From positions 94 to 64,093 of the forward strand of contig CAITUY010000122.1 in the NCBI GenBank assembly GCA_903895695.1: DNA of 64,000 nucleotides. Direction: 5' to 3'. Both the position numbers and the translations under genes were made by a program. The notes beneath the pieces are model-generated. The model was not told where the DNA came from. It made no database searches and worked only from the letters and a program-made list of their open reading frames with translations. Shown one piece after another: positions 23,280-32,358 of the stretch. Numbering within the stretch: position 1 is the first letter of the stretch; every line of letters begins with the position of its first letter. The stretch comes from an uncultured bacterium. Its GTDB lineage: Bacteria > Verrucomicrobiota > Kiritimatiellia > CAIKKV01 > CAITUY01.

Positions 23280-25928
23280 TCAGCGCGAATCCTTCCGAAC
23301 CGCCACCTTGACATAGGGCGTTTGCTTCCGCCAATCGGGCCAGAGAGTGCCCCCGCCCTCGACGCGGGCCTCGAGGTAATAAAGCATGTCGCATGAAGCG
23401 TCGCATCGATTACCGGGGATTGCGGCGCGGTAGCGCCCCTCACCTTCAGCCTGCATGGGAATGACCGTCCACGGCTGGGTCTGATCCATCGGACGAAAGC
23501 GCAACAGAACCTTCTTCAGCGGCTGTTGGCTTTCGATGCGTGCTTCGATCGTGATAGCCGTTCCCGCCACGGACGAGGTCACGGGCGTGTGGGCGATGGT
23601 GGGCAGGCGGGCCGGAGGCACTTCGCCCGGGTACACGCGAGAGGTCTTCCCTTCACCGTTGTATTCCGCAAGAAGTTTGCGGGCATAGTCCAAGTCAGCC
23701 TGGACGTTCGGCAAGCGGTCCTTCCAGTGCCCGGCATGCGCGTTGACCGGTTTCTCCCGCGTGCCTACAACCTCGCGGGCCCTGCCAAAGACCAGGTTAT
23801 CGGAGTAGACGCCGTCCGTTACCCGTGACAGCGCCTGCCACGCTTTGGTCGCCTCTTCTGCATAGTCGCGCACCTTGACAAGCCGGCCCGCTTCCTGCGT
23901 CGCATGGAAGAAAGCCAGGTGCGTGGCAGCGCGCTTCCTGGCGGCATGGTAGCGCGCGAGCCAGGCCAGCGCGCGGATATCGACGGCCGTCGCCCGGAAT
24001 TCCGCGCCGGGCGCGCCTCCCGCCTTCAGTACCGCCGCGTCGATGGCCGCCAGCGACCCTTCGGCGAGACGGTCCAGTTCGTCGGCAACCTGGATAGGAG
24101 TCCATTTGGCTTCGACATCGCCCGCAAGTGCGTCCTCGACAAACCCTTTGACCGTCCCGGACCAACCGCCATAGGTCCAGCCCGGCACGGCCTTCCAGGC
24201 GCGAATGCCATAAAACTGGCCGGTGTCGCTCGGCGGGGTGACGCTGCAGACCTCGAGCGAACCGCCCAAATCCATTTCCGGCCAGTAACTCCATTCGCTC
24301 GCGCTGGTCATCCCCGAGGCCGTCAACAGCGGCAGAATCCTGCTGGCATACCGATAACCCCGTTCGACGTCTTCGGCGGCGGTGCCAAAGCGGGCGACGA
24401 ACTCCCGATCCCAGACGGCGGGCGCCGTGTTCGGGTCATAGCCCATGCGGCCGAAGGCCAGAGGGAAGAGCCAGTAGCGTTCGGACTCCCACCGGTAGTA
24501 TTCCAGTTCGGGCCTGGCTAGGAGGCGCCAGGCGCCGGGCTCGTTGCCCCAGCCCCGGTCGGTCATCGGCGCGGATACTTCAAACCCGTCCCCGTCGCCC
24601 AGGACGCAGCTTTGCGCGAACCGCGCGGCATAGTCCGGGTCACCCCAAGTCAGGATGCGGCTCGAGCCCTGATTCCAGAGCTGGTAAGCGACGTTGTAAT
24701 TTCTCGGGCGGCGAAGCAGCGTGCCGTAGCCGTAACGGCTCGCGGAATACAGGGGATCCTGGGTTGTCGGATGGAACGGCAACCCCAGGTGCTCACACCA
24801 GAATTTGGTGGAAACGGTGACCGCGAGTCCGGTCGCCACTGCCTGGTCGATCGTTTCCTGCTTCAGGCCCTTGTAACGCAAATCGAGCTCGACTGGCCGG
24901 GGCTGGCTCTTGAGGACGGCGAAGAGCGCACGGAAGTAATCGGGCTGCATCGCCTCCGGGATGCCGCTCTCGTCATTGAGCCGGAGTTGCAGGCGATGAA
25001 TGCTAGGGCACTCGCTCAGCAGGCGGGCAAGTGCCTTGGCGCTATAGTCGACCAATTCGGCGCCCTGGGGCAGGTGGCGAAGCGATGAGTGCCCGAAGTT
25101 GCGCGCGTAGGGGCCGGGCGGCACATGCTTATCCACCACAGGCTGCTGCTGCCAGATGGCGATGGCGAAATCCAGTCCGTCCGCCGTGGCCACTTCGCCG
25201 ATCCGGCGTAACATTGCCAGGTTCGCGGCCTGCTCCTCCCTGCGCAGCCCCTCGACCCGCACCGCCGGGTACTCCGACAGATCGAACAGCCATGGGTAGG
25301 GCGGCGCCATGTAGTTGCACTGGTCCGCGAAAGTGAGGATGACCGTGTTGAAACGGTTTCTCATGAGCATCGCGAAGTACTGCTCCCAGTAGTTCTCGTC
25401 GAAGTACCAGCTACGTTCCAGGTCGGCGTTCATGAGGTGAACGCTAATGCTGCGGTATGCGACGAAGGGCGATTCGCACGCATCGCCGAGCGCGGAGAGC
25501 GGGTCGGCGCCGGCCGGGGCCAGCCGGAAGGCCTGGGCGGCTTCGCGCAACGCGTAGGCGAGGCCGCGCTCATCTCGTCCGGCGATGAGAATCCGGGTTG
25601 GATTAGTTGAGGGAATCCGCCGGATCAGGAGTGATTCGGGAGCGTCCGGGACGGACACATTCTGTTCACGCAGGGCCCGGTCAACGGCCGGGCTTTTCCC
25701 CGCAAGCCCAACGATGAGTTGAGCGCTCACACGCTCCACGGAATCGGTTGCCCGGCTCACGCCAACGCCCCGCTCCTTGAGCACCTGTTCCACCTCGGCC
25801 ACCGCGCGGGCCGCCGGCCCGTTGGTGGCCGGCAGATCGAAGACCAGTTGAACAGATCGATCGGCCTGCGTAGCCATGGCGACACTCCCGATGAAAGCGG
25901 ATAGCCAGATGAAACACGTCGTTCTCAC
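23280..25928 (-). CDS. secreted glycoside-hydrolase-like protein (family not assigned)
   Basis: 882 aa. The GTG start at 25928 overlaps the kinase stop (GTGA). The signal peptide is (M)RTTCFIWLSAFIGSVAMATQA. The N-terminal module with ILIAGRDERGLAYALREAAQ resembles the N-domain seen in GH20/GH67/GH115-type enzymes (tentative). Confidence 0.5.
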   Translation of the reverse strand: MRTTCFIWLSAFIGSVAMATQADRSVQLVFDLPATNGPAARAVAEVEQVLKERGVGVSRATDSVERVSAQLIVGLAGKSPAVDRALREQNVSVPDAPESLLIRRIPSTNPTRILIAGRDERGLAYALREAAQAFRLAPAGADPLSALGDACESPFVAYRSISVHLMNADLERSWYFDENYWEQYFAMLMRNRFNTVILTFADQCNYMAPPYPWLFDLSEYPAVRVEGLRREEQAANLAMLRRIGEVATADGLDFAIAIWQQQPVVDKHVPPGPYARNFGHSSLRHLPQGAELVDYSAKALARLLSECPSIHRLQLRLNDESGIPEAMQPDYFRALFAVLKSQPRPVELDLRYKGLKQETIDQAVATGLAVTVSTKFWCEHLGLPFHPTTQDPLYSASRYGYGTLLRRPRNYNVAYQLWNQGSSRILTWGDPDYAARFAQSCVLGDGDGFEVSAPMTDRGWGNEPGAWRLLARPELEYYRWESERYWLFPLAFGRMGYDPNTAPAVWDREFVARFGTAAEDVERGYRYASRILPLLTASGMTSASEWSYWPEMDLGGSLEVCSVTPPSDTGQFYGIRAWKAVPGWTYGGWSGTVKGFVEDALAGDVEAKWTPIQVADELDRLAEGSLAAIDAAVLKAGGAPGAEFRATAVDIRALAWLARYHAARKRAATHLAFFHATQEAGRLVKVRDYAEEATKAWQALSRVTDGVYSDNLVFGRAREVVGTREKPVNAHAGHWKDRLPNVQADLDYARKLLAEYNGEGKTSRVYPGEVPPARLPTIAHTPVTSSVAGTAITIEARIESQQPLKKVLLRFRPMDQTQPWTVIPMQAEGEGRYRAAIPGNRCDASCDMLYYLEARVEGGGTLWPDWRKQTPYVKVAVRKDSR

Positions 25929-27208
25929 GAAAGGCCTGCGTCGCGCGCCATGCGCGCCGCGCCGAAAAGCGGCGATGCGTCGGTCATCTCGAGCCTAGTC
26001 CCGAGCTTTGCCTCCAGGATGGCGCGCCAGACGGCGAAGCGGCTGCCGCCGCCCGCGATCTTGAAGGGCCGCCCGCCCGTCGCCAGTCCAAGCGCCTTCA
26101 CCATCCGCACCATCCGGTCGCTGAGCGATTCGAGAATGGCCCTGGCTAACTCCGGCGTTCCGTGCTGGAAGCCCATGCCCCGCCATTCGTAAGACGCCCC
26201 GTCGCCGTTGACGTGAAAGGTCAAGCCGTTGCAGCCAGGCGTGGCCCTTGCCGCGGCTTCGAAGAAACTCCCGCTACGGCCGCAGCCTGCAAGCACGTGG
26301 CGCGCCCAATTGATAACGCTCCCGCCGCTGCTGTCGGCGGCCATGCGATAGTACAGCCCGCCGGGGTATGGGCCCCGAATGGACGCGGCCGCCGGTCTGG
26401 GCATGGACGCATGCATCGTGTATACCACCTGGGCGGTTCCCAACGTGACCAGCACGGAGTTGTCCTCGTGAACGGCCGCGCCATAGGCGCCGGCCGTCTG
26501 ATCGTTGCCTGCGAAGACAACCGGTATCCCGGCGGCGAGTCCGAACTTGCCGGCACCGACGCCGGTCCTGGAAAACACGCGGCCTGACCGGACCACCTCC
26601 GGCAGGTGGGTCGCGCGCACGCCCGCCGCAGCCAGTGCCGAGTCTTTCCATCCATCCTCTACAAGCGAGTACAACCCGCTCATGGCGGCGAGGTTATCGT
26701 CGATCGCGCGCGCCCCGGTCAGGAGGAGCGCCACCCACGACGGCAGGAGGAGCGCCGCCTCGCCGCCACCGGGCCCGGTCCCAAGGTCCCCCAGCCTCTT
26801 CAGGTGGCATATCTGCAAGCCCGGGATGAGCGACCCGAAGCTACCGTACGATGCGAAGTCCTTCATCGACCGCATCTTCGAAAGCGCGGCGCAAGCGCCG
26901 ACGGCACGCCCGTCCTGCCAGGAAATGAAATTCATGCGTGGCCGGCCGGACCGACTCAGGATCGTGAAAGTCTGGGCCTGGCTCGTTATGGCAATGCCTC
27001 CGACCTTAGACGATCGCCCGGCCGCCTTCAGGCAACCCCTCACGGCCTTGGCAAGCGCAGCGCGAACCACACCCGGATCGATCTCGACCGTGCCCCCGTC
27101 CGCGAAGATGTGGGGGAGCGGTACGGAATGCTGTGCGAGTTCCTTCAGTTTCCCGTTGTAGAGCGCGGCCTTGATGCTCGTCGAGCCGAGGTCCAGCGCG
27201 ACGATCAC
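25925..27208 (-). CDS. FGGY-family carbohydrate kinase (xylulokinase-like)
   Basis: ORF 25925..27448. The start was set at GTG 27208, which overlaps the upstream stop (GTGA). VIVALDLGSTSIKAALY is the FGGY N-terminal phosphate-1 motif. The C-terminal part, FKIAGGGSRFAVWRAILEAKLG, is the FGGY C-domain motif. Confidence 0.75.
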   Translation of the reverse strand: MIVALDLGSTSIKAALYNGKLKELAQHSVPLPHIFADGGTVEIDPGVVRAALAKAVRGCLKAAGRSSKVGGIAITSQAQTFTILSRSGRPRMNFISWQDGRAVGACAALSKMRSMKDFASYGSFGSLIPGLQICHLKRLGDLGTGPGGGEAALLLPSWVALLLTGARAIDDNLAAMSGLYSLVEDGWKDSALAAAGVRATHLPEVVRSGRVFSRTGVGAGKFGLAAGIPVVFAGNDQTAGAYGAAVHEDNSVLVTLGTAQVVYTMHASMPRPAAASIRGPYPGGLYYRMAADSSGGSVINWARHVLAGCGRSGSFFEAAARATPGCNGLTFHVNGDGASYEWRGMGFQHGTPELARAILESLSDRMVRMVKALGLATGGRPFKIAGGGSRFAVWRAILEAKLGTRLEMTDASPLFGAARMARDAGLS

Positions 27209-28350
27209 GCCACACCCCCGACGTCCGTGAACTGCCCGCTGGCAGCCGATTCCCGCACCTTCTGAAGCAGCCGCTGGATGCGGATACCCTGCAGCAGGCC
27301 GGGATTCCCCGGCCGCCCCGCATGCACGTCGAAAAGAAAATTCGCCAGGCAGCCGATATGAATCCGCGCCCAGCCCATCGTGTACTTCGGTCCCGGGAAA
27401 GTTGTCGCCGGCGGATCCCAGCGCTGCCCGACATCCACGCCGCACCATCCGCGGAACCCGCCGAACGGCTTGGCGCTGGCATGGGTGTCGTAGATCTCAA
27501 GGTGGTGCGGATCCATGCTATTGAACCGGATGGCACCCTGGGCGCCGTGGACTTCCAGGCGCAGTTCGTCTTCCGTCCCGGTCGCCAGCTTGGTGGCCTC
27601 AATGTTGCCGATCGCGCCGTTCTGCATTCTGACCAGCATCATGACGCAGTCTTCCGCGTCGACCTTCACCCGTTCGCCGGGCTTGCCCGGGGCCGGACGG
27701 TCGGCATAGGCGATGCTGGTCACGGCGTTGATCGAGGCGAAGCCGCCCATCAGGTAGTCCAGGAGATCGAGGACATGGGAACCGAGGTCGGCGATCGCGC
27801 CGCCTCCCCGTTCGGCCGACAGGTTCCACTTCATCGGCGTATTGGGATCAGCGCTGCCGGAATGGAAATAGGCGGCGCGGAATTCGAGAATCTTTCCGAG
27901 GAACCCATCGTCGATAAGCTGCTTCGCGCGGATGATCGCCGGGAAGAATCGGTTCTGGAAGGTCATCTGTGCCGTTGCCCTGTAACCGGGCAGTGCAGCG
28001 GAAACCTTTTCCGCTTCGGCGAGCGTGGCGGTTATCGGCTTGTCGCAATAGATGTGCTTGCCGGCCGCCATGGCTGAGAGGAGCGCCTCCGCGTGCCTGT
28101 CGTTGGGGCTGCAGATGTTGACGATGTCGATGTCGGGATTCTCGGTTATGAACCTGAAATCCGTCACAGCCTTATCGGCGTTGAGGAAGGAGCGCGCCAC
28201 CTCAGCGGTGGCCGTTCCGCCCGTGCAGACCGAAGTGATCCTCGTCCGGAAAGGCAGGGGGGAAAAGTGGAATGGCAGGTTCGCGTAGGCGTAGGCGTGG
28301 ACCTTGCCGATGAAGCCGAAACCGATGATGCCGACCTTGTATTCCTTCAT
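27205..28350 (-). CDS. Gfo/Idh/MocA-family NAD(P)-dependent oxidoreductase
   Basis: 381 aa. YKVGIIGFGFIGKVHAYAY is the Rossmann GxGxxG motif. Also present are ICSPNDRHAE...AGKHIYCDKP and the EKP-type motif region. Confidence 0.85.
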   Translation of the reverse strand: MKEYKVGIIGFGFIGKVHAYAYANLPFHFSPLPFRTRITSVCTGGTATAEVARSFLNADKAVTDFRFITENPDIDIVNICSPNDRHAEALLSAMAAGKHIYCDKPITATLAEAEKVSAALPGYRATAQMTFQNRFFPAIIRAKQLIDDGFLGKILEFRAAYFHSGSADPNTPMKWNLSAERGGGAIADLGSHVLDLLDYLMGGFASINAVTSIAYADRPAPGKPGERVKVDAEDCVMMLVRMQNGAIGNIEATKLATGTEDELRLEVHGAQGAIRFNSMDPHHLEIYDTHASAKPFGGFRGWCGVDVGQRWDPPATTFPGPKYTMGWARIHIGCLANFLFDVHAGRPGNPGLLQGIRIQRLLQKVRESAASGQFTDVGGVA

Positions 28351-29678
28351 CGGCTTCTCTCCATGCTCGTCACCAACCCCAGCGCCTCTTCAATCAGTAT
28401 CGTCCCGGCTTCCGGGGCGAAGAGACTGTTTGCCGCCTCGTAGCCGCCGGCCCGCGCCGCCTCGGGAGTGACGATGTACCCCTGTAGCTCGCCGTTTACA
28501 AGGCTCACGATAAAACACTTCAGCGGCGAGTTCTTCTTCAGCGTGAAAGAGTACTCCGCGAACAATTCCCCCGGCAGGCCCACCAGCGCACAGTCGCCGA
28601 TTCGGAGCGCCTGAACCTCTATCGGCAGGTACGAGGTCATGACGCGATCGACTTCCCCGCTTTCCTGTCCCCGAGCCAGCGTAACGGTTCCCTCCGCCCC
28701 GAACACCGCGCATTCCGCGGTGCGTAGCGGGCCATGCGGCGCACTCTGCCGCTTCAGCCGCTCGTATTCAGCTACCCCGCTCTGAAGCAAGGCTTGCGCG
28801 GAATTCACATCCGGAAGCGTTCTTCGCGGCAGTTCGACCGCAGCCAACCGGGCTGAGAGCGCCGGCTCCACCGAGAATTGATCGTCCTTCAGGTTGTTGA
28901 CCGCGGCGGCGGCGGCCACTCCCAGCTTTCGCCCCAGCCGCTCCGCCTCTTCAAAGGTCTGGCCTTTGACGAAATAGCGCGGGCTCTGATCGCCGGCGGG
29001 CCCGGTGTGATAGACCACAACCGGCCGGCCTCTGACCGATTCCTGGATCTGAAGCCGCGCGTAGTGGGGAAAATCCGAAGAAACAGGAGTCGAGTCCTCA
29101 TGCATCACCGTGGGATGCATGCCATAGACCACCACGACGGCCAGGCACTGGTCATCGGCGGCGTTCTTCACGGCTACAAGCCCGACTTCTTTATCCGTGA
29201 TGCCGGTCGCGCTGTGGCGGCTGCCGCCCACTCCCGAGCCGTCGGCGCTGGTACAGGCCAGACGGGCCGGGACGAGCGACTTTGAGGCCGCTGCGGCGGC
29301 TTCAACGGTCTTGTCTTCTAGCAGCCGCATGTAAGACGGATCGGGCGGCGGCACGCAAGAATCGGAGGACCAGGCCAGCAGCCTCGACGTCACGGGCCCG
29401 GAGTGCGTGTGCGTGCAACTGATGAAGACCGAAGACTCAGGAATCCCGGCCGCGCCCGCAACCCGTTTCCGGATCGACCGCGCCGTGGGCGGATCGAGCA
29501 TGAGTATGTCCAGGGCCACAAGCAGCGCCGAGGAGCCGCCGCAGTCGAGGCGGAGCACCGAGGCGAGAAGCGGGTCGTGCGTCCCGGTGGAGACACGCTT
29601 GACGTGGGGATAGCCGAACAGGTCCGTTGCCATGGTCGGCGAAATGTCCCGCACGGCCGTGCCTGCTTTGAGGCTCAT
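28347..29678 (-). CDS. neutral/alkaline non-lysosomal ceramidase-like N-terminal-domain hydrolase (cytoplasmic)
   Basis: ORF 28347..29687. The ATG at 29678 (MSLKAGTAVRDISP...) forms an ATGA overlap with the cupin stop. An alternative ATG is at 29687. GYPHVKRVSTGTHDPLLASVLRLD...VFISCTHTHSGP is the ceramidase N-domain pattern. No signal peptide is seen. Confidence 0.6.
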   Translation of the reverse strand: MSLKAGTAVRDISPTMATDLFGYPHVKRVSTGTHDPLLASVLRLDCGGSSALLVALDILMLDPPTARSIRKRVAGAAGIPESSVFISCTHTHSGPVTSRLLAWSSDSCVPPPDPSYMRLLEDKTVEAAAAASKSLVPARLACTSADGSGVGGSRHSATGITDKEVGLVAVKNAADDQCLAVVVVYGMHPTVMHEDSTPVSSDFPHYARLQIQESVRGRPVVVYHTGPAGDQSPRYFVKGQTFEEAERLGRKLGVAAAAAVNNLKDDQFSVEPALSARLAAVELPRRTLPDVNSAQALLQSGVAEYERLKRQSAPHGPLRTAECAVFGAEGTVTLARGQESGEVDRVMTSYLPIEVQALRIGDCALVGLPGELFAEYSFTLKKNSPLKCFIVSLVNGELQGYIVTPEAARAGGYEAANSLFAPEAGTILIEEALGLVTSMERSR

Positions 29679-30220
29679 CGCCGCCATGCCCTTCGGTAGT
29701 TGCCGCCAATGGGTATGGCGCGGTTCTCGAAATAGTTGTCGTCGACCTCACAGGGGGTCGACACCTCCAGCAGGAGGGCCGGTCCCCTGCCCGTGAAGCT
29801 GTGGTAGGTCCAACGCGGGACGGGGAATACGTCGCCGGGCTTCATGATCCAGTTCCTCGCCCCGCTGCACATGCGAACGCGCCCCTGCACGATGAAAAAG
29901 GTCTCGTGCTTGGTCTTGTGCCGGTGCATCGGGCACGTCTGGCCGTCGAAGACGAAGAGATATTTGCCGCAGTAGCCGGCCCGGCCCTCATTGGCTATCC
30001 AGTACTCGATGAGCCCGGTCTTGTCGAACTCGCCCAATCCGAAGTCCAGCACCAGTGGCGGCACAGGCGGCATCGGCAGGCGCCACTTCTTGATCTGTGC
30101 CTTGAACCGGACCAGAGCCTTGTCGGCGGCTTTGCCCTTGAGGCAGATATCCAGCGCCTTCTTCAGTTCTTTCATGGTTGCTCCGAATCCCTTCCTGCTT
30201 GTCTTGTGGTCGCTGGTCAT
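29675..30220 (-). CDS. cupin-fold D-lyxose/D-mannose-type sugar isomerase
   Basis: ORF 29675..30301. The ATG at 30220 overlaps the vapC stop (ATGA). An alternative ATG is at 30175 (MKELKKAL). GKYLFVFDGQTCPMHRHKTKHETFFIVQGRV...GDVFPVP...HSF is the D-lyxose ketol-isomerase cupin metal-site pattern. Confidence 0.65.
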   Translation of the reverse strand: MTSDHKTSRKGFGATMKELKKALDICLKGKAADKALVRFKAQIKKWRLPMPPVPPLVLDFGLGEFDKTGLIEYWIANEGRAGYCGKYLFVFDGQTCPMHRHKTKHETFFIVQGRVRMCSGARNWIMKPGDVFPVPRWTYHSFTGRGPALLLEVSTPCEVDDNYFENRAIPIGGNYRRAWRR

Positions 30221-30630
30221 ATCTGTTGCGTCTTCAGTCCAGCCCGTTTTGCCGCGTGCAACTGTTGTGCATCGGAGGACACAAACAGTTCCGCACCCCA
30301 TTCAAGAGCACAGGCTACGTGTAGGGCGTCCATCGCACGGACAGGGCTTTGCTCCAGAATTCCGAGCGCTGACCCAATCACGGTTGGAGTCAGATTGATG
30401 ATATCCGCGTCGCGGACGTCCTCCAACAGGTGCCGTTTCGCCTGCACGTATTGCGGTTGCGTCAACAGCCTTTCGCGAAGACGCCGGTTCAGTGCCGAGA
30501 CAATCTCCGGCACGCAGATCACGCTCAGCCCGAGTTCGCTGGCCCGGGCGCAGATGGCCTCGGTCTTCTCGCTCCCGACTTCCTCGATGAAGCGCTTCGC
30601 AAACACGGAGGAATCAAGAAACAGCTTCAT
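30217..30630 (-). CDS. vapC: PIN-domain ribonuclease toxin VapC
   Basis: 137 aa. MKLFLDSSVFAKRFIEE...MDALHVACALEWGAELFVSSDAQQ has the PIN acidic residues in canonical positions. Confidence 0.85.
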   Translation of the reverse strand: MKLFLDSSVFAKRFIEEVGSEKTEAICARASELGLSVICVPEIVSALNRRLRERLLTQPQYVQAKRHLLEDVRDADIINLTPTVIGSALGILEQSPVRAMDALHVACALEWGAELFVSSDAQQLHAAKRAGLKTQQI

Positions 30631-30853
30631 GATCCCGTTCCGCCATTATGGCCGAAGAAAGACCCGCCCCCTTGGTGGTTAGACGGAGGGCTGGCTGTTT
30701 CCACGAAGGGTGCGCTCGCCCCGACACCGATACCGGGGTCACCTCGGCAATGGGTCTGCCGTGCCGCAGGACCACCAAAGTCTCGCCCTGTTCCACCCGA
30801 TTGAGCATACCCGACGCGTGGCTCCTGAACTCAGTCAACGTGACACTGGTCAT
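30614..30853 (-). CDS. Phd/YefM-family antitoxin
   Basis: This is the C-terminal part of ORF 30614..31267, taken from ATG 30853. MTSVTLTEFRSHASGMLNRVEQGETLVVLRHGRPIAEVTPV is the Phd/YefM N-terminal fold pattern. It overlaps vapC by 17 nt. Confidence 0.75.
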   Translation of the reverse strand: MTSVTLTEFRSHASGMLNRVEQGETLVVLRHGRPIAEVTPVSVSGRAHPSWKQPALRLTTKGAGLSSAIMAERDHEAVS

Positions 30854-30866
30854 CCCGCACCTCCAA

Positions 30867-30888
30867 ATCTGTACATCAGCGTACAGAT
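30867..30888. promoter_or_regulatory. putative operator palindrome upstream of phd-vapC
   Basis: atctgtac (30867-30874), a 6-nt spacer, gtacagat (30881-30888). This is a perfect 8-bp inverted repeat 14 nt upstream of the antitoxin ATG. Confidence 0.4.
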
Positions 30889-30963
30889 GGCTGTGCATTC
30901 CGTCAATGTAGCGCTTTCGGCCAGAGCCCACGCTCTGACTGCGAGGGCCGGTGCGGACCGGAG

Positions 30964-31323
30964 CTAGCCACCCGTGTGTTCTTGAGCCAACCTTGAACGG
31001 CGGCGCTGTAGGCCAATTGCGAAGGACGTTCCATCCACTATCAACCATAGGGACAACGGATAGGCTGCTACTCGTTCGACTCCTCCAACACCTATCCCGA
31101 CATAATGACCGGAGACGAAAAGTCCTGTGGCCAGCAGCCCTATCACACCCGAGAAATCGCTGATGAAGTTGTGCATCAGGCTGAACGGGGTCACCCAGGC
31201 CGATTGGACCGCGATTTGGGCAACGAAGAACTGGACAGCAAGAATCCACACCACGCCCCCGAGCCACACGCTTCGTTCAGGCCCGCATCCGAAAGATAGT
31301 GAAGCTGAATCAGAGTTGGTCAT
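30964..31323 (-). CDS. small membrane protein, DUF998-like, possibly internally deleted
   Basis: 119 aa. VWLGGVVWILAVQFFVAQIAVQSAWVTPFSLMHNFISD resembles the DUF998 N-terminus, and ERVAAYPLSLWLIV resembles its C-terminus. The usual central helices are missing. The assignment is weak. Confidence 0.35.
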   Translation of the reverse strand: MTNSDSASLSFGCGPERSVWLGGVVWILAVQFFVAQIAVQSAWVTPFSLMHNFISDFSGVIGLLATGLFVSGHYVGIGVGGVERVAAYPLSLWLIVDGTSFAIGLQRRRSRLAQEHTGG

Positions 31324-31361
31324 GTTTCATGTTTGCCAACGCCGCGCTGGTTGGCGCCTAC

Positions 31362-31679
31362 TTACTCGTTGAGGGCGATGGCAAAAACAATGGCGGTCCG
31401 AATCTCACGCATACGAGTCGCGGATAGCGAGGTGAGCAGGGACCCGATCTTGGCCTTGGCAACAGTCTGCATGTGATCGCAGTTGACTGCGCATTTTCTT
31501 GGCATCCCGTCCCCACTATCCAAGAGCACTTCGCTAGGAATATCCCGGATGGTGGAGGTCACCGGTGCGACGGTCACCTCGCTAATGTGGGGGATAATGG
31601 AGTCTCGGGTCAAAACGACAACCGGGCGACTCTTGTCCGGCTTCTCGAATTTGTACCAGCGGACATCGCCACGCTTCAT
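31362..31679 (-). CDS. mazF: MazF/PemK-family endoribonuclease toxin
   Basis: 105 aa. MKRGDVRWYKFEKPDKSRPVVVLTRD...VAPVTSTIRDIPSEVLL...VNCDHMQTV is the PemK/MazF pattern. An ATGA overlap links it to the upstream antitoxin. Confidence 0.85.
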   Translation of the reverse strand: MKRGDVRWYKFEKPDKSRPVVVLTRDSIIPHISEVTVAPVTSTIRDIPSEVLLDSGDGMPRKCAVNCDHMQTVAKAKIGSLLTSLSATRMREIRTAIVFAIALNE

Positions 31680-31909
31680 TCATCACCCCACTTCTGTTCC
31701 TTCTCCCAGACTGCAAATTCATCGGCGGCCGCGGGTTGGCGGAGATACGCTTGGCGATGCTTGGCCTCAAGCATCCGCGTCTTGACCCGGGCAAGGGCCT
31801 GCTGCAGCGCTTCGCGCGCAAAAGCAGAGCGTGTCGTGTGCAGTTCCCTCGCAACCTTGTCCACGTTCTGGACCAGATCCTCATCAAGTGTCATCTGGAC
31901 TGTTCTCAT
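31676..31909 (-). CDS. ribbon-helix-helix (CopG-like) antitoxin
   Basis: 77 aa. MRTVQMTLDEDLVQNVDKVARELHTTRSAFAREALQQAL is an RHH motif. It is paired with mazF. Confidence 0.75.
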   Translation of the reverse strand: MRTVQMTLDEDLVQNVDKVARELHTTRSAFAREALQQALARVKTRMLEAKHRQAYLRQPAAADEFAVWEKEQKWGDE

Positions 31910-31930
31910 ACAAACATCTCCATGTGGCTT

Positions 31931-31952
31931 TGTATAGCTATGATAATATACA
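31931..31952. promoter_or_regulatory. A/T-rich inverted repeat upstream of the RHH-mazF operon (putative operator/-10 region)
   Basis: tgtata (31931-31936), 10 nt, tataca (31947-31952). It lies 22 nt upstream of ATG 31909 and is embedded in gataatata. Confidence 0.3.
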
Positions 31953-32048
31953 TGGCAGCGGAGTCAATCGGCCTCTTTCTTGCCAGAGCCAACGCGACGT
32001 GTCATGCGCGCGCTCGTTGGCGGTTGTCGTGCCTTCCTCTTGATCGTC

Positions 32049-32300
32049 TTAGGTGGGGGCACTTCCTCGCGCCACCGATGCCAGACGGCGCAGCGCCCTG
32101 CCTGCACGCCAGAACACGAGCAGTCCGACGAGCAATTGGATGGCGCACGTCCCAGCGGCTGGCAGCATGATCGGTCGAGAAAACTCCCTGATATCTTGAT
32201 CCCCGAACCACATTCGTGAAAGCTGGTAGAAACCAAGAAGTGCCCCGACACCGAGAAGCGCCCCGAATGCCATCCAGAAGACCAACCATTTTCTCTTCAT
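32049..32300 (-). CDS. hypothetical small membrane protein (two predicted TM helices)
   Basis: 83 aa. MKRKWLVFWMAFGALLGVGALLGFY ... AAGTCAIQLLVGLLVFW. No family was recognised. Confidence 0.35.
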   Translation of the reverse strand: MKRKWLVFWMAFGALLGVGALLGFYQLSRMWFGDQDIREFSRPIMLPAAGTCAIQLLVGLLVFWRAGRALRRLASVARGSAPT

Positions 32301-32358
32301 CCGTTACCCCATCCGTCAGCGTTGCCAACCAAACCGTGAGTGGGACGCGAATCGACAT

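Noticed and set aside
30854-31267. N-terminal 138 codons of ORF 30614..31267
   Set aside because: The translation is Arg/Cys/Pro-rich and overlaps the DUF998-like ORF on the same strand in a different frame. Only the last 79 codons resemble a Phd/YefM antitoxin.
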